From the NCBI GenBank assembly GCA_030447585.1, contig JAUJOO010000002.1:199895-263894 (forward strand): DNA of 64,000 nucleotides. The letters run 5' to 3'. A program made the translations under genes and the position numbers. Below the pieces are notes generated by a model, which worked only from the letters and a program-made list of their open reading frames with translations, searched no databases and was not told the DNA's origin. Below are positions 1-8,025 of this stretch, one piece after another. The stretch is from Nocardioidaceae bacterium (GTDB taxonomy: Bacteria; Actinomycetota; Actinomycetes; Propionibacteriales; Nocardioidaceae). Each line of letters opens with the position of its first letter. Position 1 is the stretch's first letter.

Positions 1-341
1 GCGACAAGCTCTTGCAGCAGATAACGCCAGGCGCCCTTCTCATACGAGCTGTCAGCGCCAAGGGGACGAGCCACCGGAACTCCGGCATCACTCGCCCGCG
101 CGACGACGGCGGCCGTCCGCTCGAAGTCGACGGGGAGCTCTGCCTCGGGACCCGCCAGCTTGATCGTCAGGTCCGGATGAGTCCCGCTAACCGTGCACCT
201 CAGTACCCAGTAGCCATGTCGTCGGCCGAGCAGGTGCACGTCCGCCGCTCTGATCCGGATGCCCGTGTGGTCCCAGACGCGATCGGCCGCGAAGTCCCTG
301 ACATCAGGATCGATGTCCGCGTCTGGACCGAGGGTGTTCAT
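1..341 (-). CDS. phosphotransferase (APH / choline-kinase-like fold) family protein, 5' part; continues past left edge
   Basis: Reverse-strand reading from ATG (341-339) stays open to the window edge: MNTLGPDADIDPDVRDFAADRVWDHTGIRIRAADVHLLGRRHGYWVLRCTVSG..LTIKLAGPEAELPVDFERTAAVVARASDAGVPVARPLGADSSYEKGAWRYLLQELV. This fits the N-lobe pattern of APH-type kinases. It is missing from the ORF track because it has no stop in the window. The start codon is uncertain because the frame is also open upstream of 341. Confidence 0.45.
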   Translation of the reverse strand, partial: MNTLGPDADIDPDVRDFAADRVWDHTGIRIRAADVHLLGRRHGYWVLRCTVSGTHPDLTIKLAGPEAELPVDFERTAAVVARASDAGVPVARPLGADSSYEKGAWRYLLQELV

Positions 342-577
342 GTTGCGGCCGGACACTACACGGCCTGGGTCACACAGCCCAGTGGTTAGGCCGTGCCGTC
401 CACCCCCGGCATCGGTGGTGAGCGCAGCAGACGCGCCACCGCCTTGGCGCAGCGAAGGTGTACTGATGTTCGAGTCACCGCCGGCACCTGCGGTCAGGCA
501 GCGGTACGCCGAGGTGCGCGACATGACAGCCAGGCAGGTACCGTCCGGTTGACACCGCACGCCAGGAGGCGACGCTG

Positions 578-763
578 ATGCAGCACAGAGCACGCAAGCG
601 GGCGCTCGTCGTCCGTGGTGGCTGGGAGGGCCACTGTCCCGTCGAGGCCACCGAACGCTTCATCGTCCCCTACCTACGCGACGAAGGATTCGATGTCGCC
701 GTCCATGAGGACATGGAGGTGTACGCCGATTCCCACGGCCGCACTCGAAAGCCCATGCCATGA
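578..763 (+). pseudogene. ThuA-like (class-I glutamine-amidotransferase-like) N-terminal fragment
   Basis: The 61-aa ORF ..KRALVVRGGWEGHCPVEATERFIVPYLRDEGFDVAVHEDMEVYAD.. looks like the first ~50 residues of ThuA-domain proteins, which are normally over 200 aa. It stops at 763, overlapping the next gene's ATG at 760. The family call is from memory of the motif only. Confidence 0.35.
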
Positions 764-1718
764 GACGGATCCTGCTGGACACGGATCTCGCCATGGGTAC
801 CCCCGGCTCGGACGTCGACGACGGTTTCGCGCTGGCGTTGGCACTTGCCGACCCAGCGCTGTCGGTAGAGCTGGTGACCACGGTGAACGGCAACACCGAT
901 GTCGACACTGCCACCCGTCTCTGTCTCGACATGCTGCAGCGGCTCGGCCACCCCGAGGTGCCAGTGGTACGCGGGGCGTCGCGCGCCCTGCGCGGTTGGC
1001 GTCATCCCACCGCTGACCTGCCCGCAGGGGCCGAAACGCAGCCTGCACGGGGTCGAGCGCAGGCTGGTCACGCGGCCCAGCACCTGGTCGACAGGATCAT
1101 GCAAGAACCCGGCGCGCTCACCATCGTGGCGATCGGCCCGCTCACGAACGTCGCGCTCGCGCTGGCGCTCGAGCCGGGCCTGGCGAGCCGGGTTCAGGAG
1201 ATCGTCGTCATGGGTGGCGTCTTCCTGCAGCAGACCAACCAGGCGCAGATGCCTGGCGAGTTCAACACCTGGGTAGACCCGCACGCGACCGGCATGGTTC
1301 TGAGCAGCGGCGCGCCCTTGAGGTTCGTCGGACTCGACGTGACGAGACAGGTCCGGCTCACTCGTGAGCAGGCGAGCGCGATGGCCTCGTCAGGCACCGA
1401 GTTCGGGCGCTTCGCAGCCGAGTGCGCCAACGAATGGATCAGCCAGGTCGAGCGGGACCACCCAGGTGATCCACGAGAGCACGGGAGCTGCGCCCTACAT
1501 GATCCACTCGCCGTCGCCGTGGTGAACCACCCCCACCTCGTGGAGTGGCGAGCCGCGGCCGTTGCCGTCGAGACAGCGAGCACCCTCACTCGCGGGGTCA
1601 TGGTCGCGGACTTCCTTGCACCTCCGCGCGGCCCCCCACTTCCAACTGCCAGGTGGCGACGGCAGTCGACAGCGACGCGTTCCTGGACCTGTTCCTCGAC
1701 CGGATCTCGCAGCTGTGA
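760..1718 (+). pseudogene. inosine/uridine-preferring nucleoside hydrolase, one apparent 1-nt frame change near its 3' end
   Basis: MRRILLDTDLAMGTPGSDVDDGFALALAL carries the DxDxxxDD signature. Frame 1 becomes nonsense after ..RGVMVADFLAPPRGPP. Frame 3 continues ..TSNCQVATAVDSDAFLDLFLDRISQL to a stop at 1716-1718, which is the expected C-terminus. The switch maps to the C6 run at 1632-1637. As sequenced, frame 1 reads on into ribokinase (634-aa ORF 760..2664). Confidence 0.75.
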
Positions 1719-1737
1719 GGACAGCCGGCCGAAGACG

Positions 1738-2664
1738 ATGCTGACCTCCACTGCCAGCGCAGACTCGCCACCGGCCGTCCTCGTCGTCGGGTCGCTCAAC
1801 CGTGACTACGTCTGCCGCGTGTCGGCCATACCGCAGCCTGGACAGACGGTGCTGGGCGGCGAGCTGAGCTTGGGCTGCGGCGGCAAGGGAAGCAACCAGG
1901 CGGTCGCCGCGGCAAGGATGGGGGTGCCCACCGCTCTGGTCGGTTGTGTGGGAGCTGACTCCGACGGTCGTGCGCTCGTCGAGGCGCTGGCGGCTTCAGG
2001 CGTCGACACCGACAGAGTCATCACCATTGACGGCGTCCGCACCGGGGCAGCCCTGGTGATTGTTGCAGATGACGGCGAGAACTCGATCGTCGTCTCGCCC
2101 GGCGCTAACGGTCGGCTCGACGGTGACCTCGCGCGAAGCGCCGCCGGACAGCGCCTGCGTGCCGGTGACGTGCTCGTGGTACAGGCCGAGATCCCGCCGG
2201 CCGCGATCATCGCGGCGGCGGAGGCGGCGGCACGGGTGGCGGCGCGCGTCGTCTTGAACCTCGCCCCGTACTGCGAGCTACCCACCGCGGTACTGGAGGC
2301 ATGCGACCCGTTGGTGGTCAACGAAGGCGAGGCGAGGGCCTTGCTCGCAGTCGCAGCGGGTGCTCGCGCAGATGCGCGCGACATGGCCGCCGAGCTGACC
2401 CGTCGAGTGCGAAGTGTGGTGATCACCGTAGGGGCTGCCGGCGCTATCGTCGCGCAGGGCCCCGACCTGGAGCACATTCCTGCGGACGAAGTCGAGGTGG
2501 TCGACAGCACCGGCGCCGGCGACGCGTTCACGGGCGCCCTCGCCGCAGGCCTGTGCCGCGGCGAGGACCTCCGAAGCGCAGCGCGGCTCGGCGTCGCGGC
2601 AGGCAGCGCCATGCCGTTCGCGGCCATGGGGCGCAGTCGAGCTTTCCCACCCTGGGCGACCTGA
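1738..2664 (+). CDS. rbsK: ribokinase (PfkB family)
   Basis: An ATG at 1738 lies 20 nt after the hydrolase stop. Motifs: VLVVGSLNRDYV, GGKGSNQAVAAARMG, ENSIVVSPGANG, DSTGAGDAFTGALAAGL. Confidence 0.85.
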   Translation: MLTSTASADSPPAVLVVGSLNRDYVCRVSAIPQPGQTVLGGELSLGCGGKGSNQAVAAARMGVPTALVGCVGADSDGRALVEALAASGVDTDRVITIDGVRTGAALVIVADDGENSIVVSPGANGRLDGDLARSAAGQRLRAGDVLVVQAEIPPAAIIAAAEAAARVAARVVLNLAPYCELPTAVLEACDPLVVNEGEARALLAVAAGARADARDMAAELTRRVRSVVITVGAAGAIVAQGPDLEHIPADEVEVVDSTGAGDAFTGALAAGLCRGEDLRSAARLGVAAGSAMPFAAMGRSRAFPPWAT

Positions 2665-2712
2665 CGGAGCCATGAGACGACGCGAGTGTCTCGCTGAGTG
2701 ACCGAAGGCCAG

Positions 2713-2739
2713 CCAACCTTTGTCCCGTCCAATAGCGTT
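2713..2739 (+). promoter_or_regulatory. candidate ECF-type autoregulatory promoter (CCAACC-N17-CGTT)
   Basis: ccaacc (2713-2718), a 17-nt spacer, then cgtt (2736-2739), about 30 nt upstream of the sigma-factor ATG at 2770. It is one mismatch from the GGAACC-N16/17-CGTT type ECF consensus. Motif match only. Confidence 0.25.
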
Positions 2740-2769
2740 CACAGGGGGAGAGCGAGGTGCAGCCGAGTC

Positions 2770-3297
2770 ATGGCGGCTATGTCGGAGGACGACAAGGCGA
2801 CGTTCACCATCTGGGCGCAGAGCCGGCTGGGGCGGCTGGTCCGTTCGGCCACCCTCCTGACCGGTGACCAGCAGCTGGCGGAGGATCTTGTTCAGGAGGC
2901 GCTGCTCAAAGTCGCCATGCGCTGGCCCCGGCTGCGGGACGGAAACCCCGAGGCGTACGCGCTGACCGTGGTGTTCCGCGACAACGTGTCGTGGTGGCGC
3001 CGCCGACGTCCGGTCATCGTCGAGGACGTGCCCGATGTGCCGACGCCGATCAGGCCAGATCTCACCGAGCATCGACTCGTCGTCCTGGCCGCTCTCGACT
3101 GCTTGACGGTCAAGCAGCGGGCCGTGCTCATCCTGCGCTTCTACGACGACCTGAGCGAGCGGCGTACGGCGGAGATCCTCGGAGTGGGCGTCGGGACTGT
3201 GAAGAGCCAGACGGCCGCGGGCCTGGCCCGCCTCAGGGCTGTTCCGGAACTCCTTGCGACGCTCGACAACGAAGGAGGACACGATGGACGAAGGTGA
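2770..3297 (+). CDS. ECF (sigma-70 family, SigE-like actinobacterial subgroup) RNA polymerase sigma factor
   Basis: Region 2: LLTGDQQLAEDLVQEALLKVAMRWPRL. Region 4: LDCLTVKQRAVLILRFYDDLSERRTAEILGVGVGTVKSQTAAGLARL. The ATG at 2770 is preferred over the GTG at 2698. Confidence 0.85.
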   Translation: MAAMSEDDKATFTIWAQSRLGRLVRSATLLTGDQQLAEDLVQEALLKVAMRWPRLRDGNPEAYALTVVFRDNVSWWRRRRPVIVEDVPDVPTPIRPDLTEHRLVVLAALDCLTVKQRAVLILRFYDDLSERRTAEILGVGVGTVKSQTAAGLARLRAVPELLATLDNEGGHDGRR

Positions 3298-4609
3298 CGT
3301 GCGGCGTCTCCTCGAGGTGGCGGTGGAGGACACCCGTCCGAGGGGTCTGGCTGACGGCATGTGGGAACGAGCGCTGCATGCGCAGAAGCGGCAGCGGCTC
3401 AGGGCAGGACTGTCGGCCGTTTGCGTCGGAGCGCTTGTCGTTACGGCGGTGGCCACCACCGGATCACTGAACGGCGACCGTGCGGGCCGTCCGGCCGGCC
3501 CCATCACCTCGTCCAGCGACACCACCCAGCCAACCCGCGGACCTCAACGTCCCCCGACGACCACCTTCGCCCCCTCGGACTATCCATTCGCGGAGTCCCC
3601 GGCCGGCTTGGTGGACGCGAGTGTGGTGCAAGACCTATGGACGGCAAGCCGGGCCGAAAGCACACCGTGGGTCCACTCTCCGATTCCTCGATCCATCAGC
3701 GTCGGTGGCGCCACCGATCTCTCCACTGATCCCGTGGAGCACGCGTTGATGGCTGTCCAGGTGAGCCTCGACCGGCCCGACACCGACGACATCTTCGTGC
3801 TGGGCGACGACATGCGGTGGCGTCGCGTCGAGGTCCCCGGCCTGGAGCCGGTGGCAGATCAGGCAACGCACTCCCTCGAGTTGTTGCGTCCCACCTCGTT
3901 GACCCGTGACGGCACGATGCTCGCGCTGCCCCAACCGGGCGAGATCGTCGTGGTGGACCTACTGACTGGGCAGGTCGAGCGGTATGAGGTGCCGGGTCTG
4001 AACGGGAGTGTCATCTGGTCTGCCGACGGGACGCAGATACTGACAGGTAATCAGGGCCGCGCCGGCGGTCGCCTGCTGAGCCTGGACGACGGGTCTGTCC
4101 AACGCACACAGCAAAGTGGCATGGTGTTCGACACCACGTTCGCTCCGGACGGCGCCTTGATCGAGTTGCACAACGTGGAGACGACCAAGGGGTACCACTT
4201 CGAGATCCGCACCGACGGCGGGCTCGAAGTTCCACCAGTTCGGTTGACGGTCGACGTGAGTGCCGGCGTCTACCAGCAGTCGGTCCACGCAACGGACAAC
4301 GCCATAGCCTTCGTCAGAGCTGTGTACGGCTGGAGCAGTCCCCGCGAACGCGACGAGCGGCACGGGGTCGTGGTGGTGGATCGCCTCACCGGCAAGGTGC
4401 TCGCGCAGCTGCCGATGCTCAGCGATGTCTTCCTGTACGAGTCGAGCCCGATGGGCTGGCTCGACGATGAGACGCTGCTGCTCCGGCTCGGCAGCGACGT
4501 CGTCTCCTGGCACTATCCCTCGGGTGACCTGCGACGGATCCTCACGACCGAGGGTGAACCGGTTGGCCTTGCCTTCGCGCCCGCAGCGGTCGCCGCGGTC
4601 ATCGACTGA
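3284..4609 (+). CDS. single-pass membrane protein coupled to the ECF sigma (putative anti-sigma/sensor) with a beta-propeller-like extracytoplasmic region
   Basis: GGAGG sits 6 nt before the ATG at 3284, and the gene overlaps the sigma stop by 14 nt. A short cytoplasmic N-terminus is followed by a TM segment (LSAVCVGALVVTAVATTGSL) and a Pro/Thr linker. The ~330-aa C-terminal region has repeated ..DG..L....G.I.VVDL.TG.. strands. It is a paralogue of 41593..42792. Confidence 0.6.
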   Translation: MDEGDVRRLLEVAVEDTRPRGLADGMWERALHAQKRQRLRAGLSAVCVGALVVTAVATTGSLNGDRAGRPAGPITSSSDTTQPTRGPQRPPTTTFAPSDYPFAESPAGLVDASVVQDLWTASRAESTPWVHSPIPRSISVGGATDLSTDPVEHALMAVQVSLDRPDTDDIFVLGDDMRWRRVEVPGLEPVADQATHSLELLRPTSLTRDGTMLALPQPGEIVVVDLLTGQVERYEVPGLNGSVIWSADGTQILTGNQGRAGGRLLSLDDGSVQRTQQSGMVFDTTFAPDGALIELHNVETTKGYHFEIRTDGGLEVPPVRLTVDVSAGVYQQSVHATDNAIAFVRAVYGWSSPRERDERHGVVVVDRLTGKVLAQLPMLSDVFLYESSPMGWLDDETLLLRLGSDVVSWHYPSGDLRRILTTEGEPVGLAFAPAAVAAVID

Positions 4610-4842
4610 CCAGCCGGCGAGGGACGGGCTTTCCACGTTGCTCTCGGGGCGGTTGGCGCGGCGGCGCAGCCCACCAACAGGCGCGCCGGTAGGGACTGTG
4701 AAACGACGCAAGCGCGGAGTCGCCCGCGTAGGCACATCACTTTCTGTGATTATCCGCATACGGATAGACACCAACTCCCCGAGATGGGACGCTTCGCTGA
4801 CAGCCGTTCACCGGGTTCGGCGTAGCAGGAGGGTCCTAGCTT

Positions 4843-5727
4843 ATGAACGTACTAGTACAGCGTGGGTCACTGAAGCGAGTCACGTCCGTGCTCGCCGTGA
4901 CCGCACTGACGGCGGGGGTCGGCATTCTCGGCACCGCCCAGCCAGCCTTGGCGAATCACGGCACCGTCGACACCAAGGCGTTCGGTGTGGACACGAACGG
5001 CTTGGTCAACACAGCCCCGACGCCCTTGTGTCCATTGGTGTTCGGCGAGCGTTTCTGCGAGAAGGAAGTTGCCGGCGTCGACGTACCTGGAGTCCTGACG
5101 ACAGGTGTGCTCAAAGTTCGGGCGGAGGGGACGCACGACCCGCTGAAGGCAGACAGCGAGGCGACGGTGGCCGAAGTAGTTGCGCTCCCCGGGACCGCAG
5201 GCAGCCCCGCGCTCACGGCGAATCTGGTCACGAGCCGGTGCACGGCCGACGAGATGGGCCTCGTCGGTGACACGGTCATCGCCGACATCGACATCCTCGG
5301 CGTCGAGCCCACGGAGACCGAGCTGACCGATCCGCCCCCCAACTTCGAAGTGGTTGACATACCCGGGGTGCTGTTCATCATCCTCAACGAGCAGATCATC
5401 AGCCCTAACGGGGAAAAGATCACCGTCAACGCGATCCGCATCGTGGTCGCTGAAGGCACTGACCAGGAGCAGGAGATCATCATCTCCCAGTCGGTGTGCT
5501 CGTTCCACCCGGCCGATGCGCCCCCGCCGGCAGGTACCGGCTTCTTGGAGATCTGCAAGCGGGCCGACAACGGCAACGGTGCGGTGACCGGTAGGTTCCG
5601 GTTCCGCTTCGACGGCCGCGGCGTCACCGTCCCGGTCGGTTCGTGCTCCGGCCCGATCGAGGTACCGGCTGGACGGTTGACCGTGCGTGAGGTGCAGAAG
5701 GACGGCGTCCGAATGGTGGCTGCCTGA
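4843..5727 (+). CDS. secreted protein, copy 1, N-terminal part (signal peptide; LNEQ-motif domain resembling choice-of-anchor-type proteins; start of a prealbumin-like domain)
   Basis: AGGAGG lies 10 nt before the ATG. The signal peptide is MNVLVQRGSLKRVTSVLAVTALTAGVGILGTAQPALA. The motif is GVLFIILNEQIISPNGEKITVNAIRIV. The ORF ends ..REVQKDGVRMVAA-stop, where copy 2 reads on (..GVRMSGCLTRPVQRLL..). Copy 1 lacks 1 nt there (atggtggc versus atgagtggc). Confidence 0.6.
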   Translation: MNVLVQRGSLKRVTSVLAVTALTAGVGILGTAQPALANHGTVDTKAFGVDTNGLVNTAPTPLCPLVFGERFCEKEVAGVDVPGVLTTGVLKVRAEGTHDPLKADSEATVAEVVALPGTAGSPALTANLVTSRCTADEMGLVGDTVIADIDILGVEPTETELTDPPPNFEVVDIPGVLFIILNEQIISPNGEKITVNAIRIVVAEGTDQEQEIIISQSVCSFHPADAPPPAGTGFLEICKRADNGNGAVTGRFRFRFDGRGVTVPVGSCSGPIEVPAGRLTVREVQKDGVRMVAA

Positions 5728-5735
5728 CCCGACCG

Positions 5736-6176
5736 GTGCAGCGGCTGCTGTTGTGTGACCCGATCGACCGCAGAGCAGTGGTGCGGATCGTGGAAGGCGG
5801 GGTCGGCAAGGAGACCCAGCTGTTCGTCACCAACAAGCGCATCGTCATCGGTGACAACAAGGGTGCGATCAAGGTCTGCAAGATCGCCGGTGCCGGGGTT
5901 AAGGTTGGCACCAACTTCAACTTCACCGTCGGCGGCAGGAACGTCACGGTCGCTGCCGGTCCCCGGGACCAGGGTGGTTTCTGCAAGCTCCTTCGTGGCT
6001 TCGACCGTGGCAGCAACGTCAAGGTGACCGAAGCCTTCCGCTCCGGCGTGCGCGTGTCGCGGATCGTGGTTCAGCCGGCAGACCGCAAGGTGTCTTCCAG
6101 CAAGGCCAACCGCACCGCCACCGTGCGGGTCGGCAAGGGCACCACCGTGGTCAAGTTCACCAACACCCGCAACTAA
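5736..6176 (+). CDS. C-terminal part of secreted protein copy 1 (separate ORF only because of the 1-nt difference at ~5712)
   Basis: ..QRLLLCDPIDRRAVVRIVEGGVGKETQLFVTNKRIVIGDNKGAIKVCKIAG..VVKFTNTRN. It is nearly identical to 7316..7760 of copy 2, where it is contiguous with the upstream domain. Confidence 0.5.
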   Translation: MQRLLLCDPIDRRAVVRIVEGGVGKETQLFVTNKRIVIGDNKGAIKVCKIAGAGVKVGTNFNFTVGGRNVTVAAGPRDQGGFCKLLRGFDRGSNVKVTEAFRSGVRVSRIVVQPADRKVSSSKANRTATVRVGKGTTVVKFTNTRN

Positions 6177-6180
6177 CACT

Positions 6181-6204
6181 CAACACAGCAACACAGCGAC
6201 ACAG
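6181..6204 (+). repeat. octanucleotide microsatellite (CAACACAG)2 + CGACACAG
   Basis: Read directly. Three units sit immediately after the copy-1 stop codon. Copy 2 has five units at the same place. Confidence 0.9.
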
Positions 6205-6205
6205 C

Positions 6206-6236
6206 AAGCCCCCAGCGCCACTCGGCGCTGGGGCTT
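6206..6236 (+). terminator. stem-loop terminator candidate after copy 1
   Basis: ccccagcgcc (6210-6219), loop actc, ggcgctgggg (6224-6233). This is a perfect 10-bp GC-rich stem with no strong U-tract. Confidence 0.55.
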
Positions 6237-7753
6237 CGCTCGTGTGCGGCGGTTACACGCCTGGTGTGCGCTGCTACCCCCATCCGTGACGTGTCGAAAC
6301 ACGGAGGAAGCGGACAATCTGGTACCTGAGCCCGCCCCTGTGATTACTTTCCGTGATCTTTTCCATACCGGTGGACACGGCCTGTTCGGGATGGCACGCT
6401 TCGTTGACAGCCGTTCACCGGGTTCGGCGTAGCAGGAGGTTTCCAAGCTTATGAACGTACTAGTACAGCGCCGGTCGCTGAAGCGAGTCACGTCCGTGCT
6501 CGCCGTGACCGCACTGACGGCGGGGGTCGGCATTCTCGGCACTGCCAGCCGGCCTCGGGCCAAGCCGGAACCGTTGACCGCGCCGCGTTCGGTGTGGACA
6601 CGAACGGGCTGGTCGACATCGAGCCGACGCCGAACTGTCCTTTGACGATCACATTCGGTGTATGCGAAGAAGAACTGACCGAGGTTCCCGAGGAGCTCGC
6701 GGGCCTGCTGGAGGCTAGCGTGCTCAGGGTCCGCACCGAGGGGACCGCCGACCCGCTGCGCGCAAGGAGCAGGGCCGCGGTGCTCGACGCCAACGTGGCT
6801 GACGGCCTGCTCACGGCCGAGGCGATCAGGAGCTCGTGCACAGCTGACGCGGGCGGGATCACCGGCCAGACGACTCTCCTCAACGCCGTCCTCGAAGGCG
6901 AGACGGTGTTGGACCTGCAGCCGGAGCCCAACACGGTAGTTCTCGACATAGAAGGAGTGGCGTTCGTCATCCTCAACGAGCAGATCATCAGCCGTTCTAA
7001 CGGCGACGAAGATCACCGTCAACGCGGTGCGCATCGTCCTGCTCGAAGGCAGTCCGCTGGAGCAGGAGATCATCCTCTCCCAGTCGGTGTGCTCGTTCCA
7101 CCCGGCCGATGCGCCCGGCACCGGTTTCTTGGAGATCTGCAAGCGGGCCGACAACGGCAACGGTGCGGTGACCGGTAGGTTCCGGTTCCGCTTCGACGGC
7201 CGCGGCGTCACCGTCCCGGTCGGTTCCTGCTCGGCCCGATCGAGGTACCGGCTGGACGGTTGACCGTGCGTGAGGTGCAGAAGGACGGCGTCCGGATGAG
7301 TGGCTGCCTGACCCGACCGGTGCAGCGGCTGCTGTTGTGTGACCCGATCGACCGCAGAGCAGTGGTGCGGATCGTGGAAGGCGGGGTCGGCAAGGAGACC
7401 CAGCTGTTCGTCACCAACAAGCGCATCGTTATCGGTGACAACAAGGGTGCGATCAAGGTCTGCAAGATCGCCGGTGACGGGGTTAAGGTTGGCACCAACT
7501 TCAACTTCACCGTCGGCGGCAGGAACATCACGGTCGCTGCCGGTCCCCGGGACCAGGGTGGTTTCTGCAAGATCGAGCGTGGCTTCGACCGTGGCAGCAA
7601 CGTCAAGGTGACCGAAGCCTTCCGCTCCGGCGTGCGCGTGTCGCGGATCGCGGTTCAGCCGGCAGACCGCAAGGTGTCTTCCAGCAAGGCCAACCGCACC
7701 GCCACCGTGAAGGTCGGCAAGGGCACCACCGTGGTGAAGTTCACCAACACCCG

Positions 7754-7793
7754 CAACACAGCAACACAGCAACACAGCAACACAGCGACACAG
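7754..7793 (+). repeat. octanucleotide microsatellite (CAACACAG)4 + CGACACAG
   Basis: Read directly. It has two more units (16 nt) than copy 1 and replaces the TAA stop used in copy 1. Confidence 0.9.
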
Positions 7794-7794
7794 C

Positions 7795-7825
7795 AAGCCC
7801 CCAGCGCCACTCGGCGCTGGGGCTT
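7795..7825 (+). terminator. stem-loop terminator candidate after copy 2
   Basis: The same hairpin as at 6206-6236: stem 7799-7808 / 7813-7822, loop actc. Confidence 0.55.
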
Positions 7826-8025
7826 CGCCCGCTAGAAGCGTGTGCGCGCCGCAGCGGACATCGACGGAGTCGCGCGCACCAAACGCGCCGGCGGCGTACC
7901 GGCCCAGCACGGAGCTGCGGATATACGGAACTGCGGATTTTTAGTCGATGACTCGCGTAACCTCATGCGGGCATCGTCGTTATCAGCGGTGAGCACATTT
8001 CGGCCGCCCCATGGAGGCAAACCCA

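Larger units (their letters stand above)
4744..6236 (+). repeat. tandem duplication unit 1 (promoter region + secreted-protein gene + terminator)
   Basis: Aligns with 6338..7825 at an offset of about 1607-1608 nt. The copies are near-identical at 4783-4945 and about 5480-6236. The centre is divergent. Confidence 0.85.
6338..7825 (+). repeat. tandem duplication unit 2
   Basis: See unit 1. The same RBS, signal-peptide and 3' domain sequences recur. Confidence 0.85.
6451..7835 (+). pseudogene. secreted protein, copy 2, broken by at least three frame changes
   Basis: Homologous pieces lie in different frames: 6451.. (signal peptide, then nonsense after ..GILGTA), 6594..(VDTNGLVDIEPTPNCPL..VAFVILNEQIISR), 7027..(RIVLLEGSPLEQEIILSQSVCSFHPADA..VPVGSCS), and 7260..7835 (TVREVQKDGVRMSGCLTRPVQRLL..VVKFTNTRN, then read-through of the repeat and hairpin). 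Confidence 0.7.

Noticed and set aside
760-2664. Genuine bifunctional nucleoside hydrolase-ribokinase fusion protein
   Set aside because: The junction (about 35 aa) is nonsense-like. The canonical hydrolase C-terminus and stop are present in another frame, and ribokinase has its own ATG 20 nt after that stop. An indel in the C6 run explains the single ORF better. Kept as a finding because only reads can settle it.
6398-6425. Sigma-70-type promoter (TTGACA) upstream of secreted-protein copy 2 (CTGACA in copy 1)
   Set aside because: I could not find a convincing -10 (TANNNT) element at proper spacing. It is also not matched by the ECF-type motif found upstream of the neighbouring sigma gene.
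4950-7080. Diversity-generating retroelement (template/variable repeat) explanation for the divergent central cassette
   Set aside because: No reverse transcriptase ORF (no YxDD-type motif) is present in the window. Divergence is not restricted to adenine-templated positions as far as can be judged by eye. Both copies are full gene-length paralogues.
6181-7793. CAACACAG repeats as a CRISPR array or other spaced-repeat locus
   Set aside because: The units are 8 nt, directly abutting without spacers, and only 3 and 5 copies long. This is a microsatellite. No CRISPR-like repeat-spacer structure or cas genes were seen anywhere in the window.
4956-7910. Very long reverse-strand ORFs (4956..6179, 407 aa; 6180..7910, 576 aa) covering the duplicated region
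   Set aside because: They are antisense to plus-strand sequence that has a signal peptide, an RBS and recognisable domains. Their translations are Arg/Gly/Pro/Ala-rich with no motifs. This is the typical shadow-ORF pattern in ~70% GC DNA.
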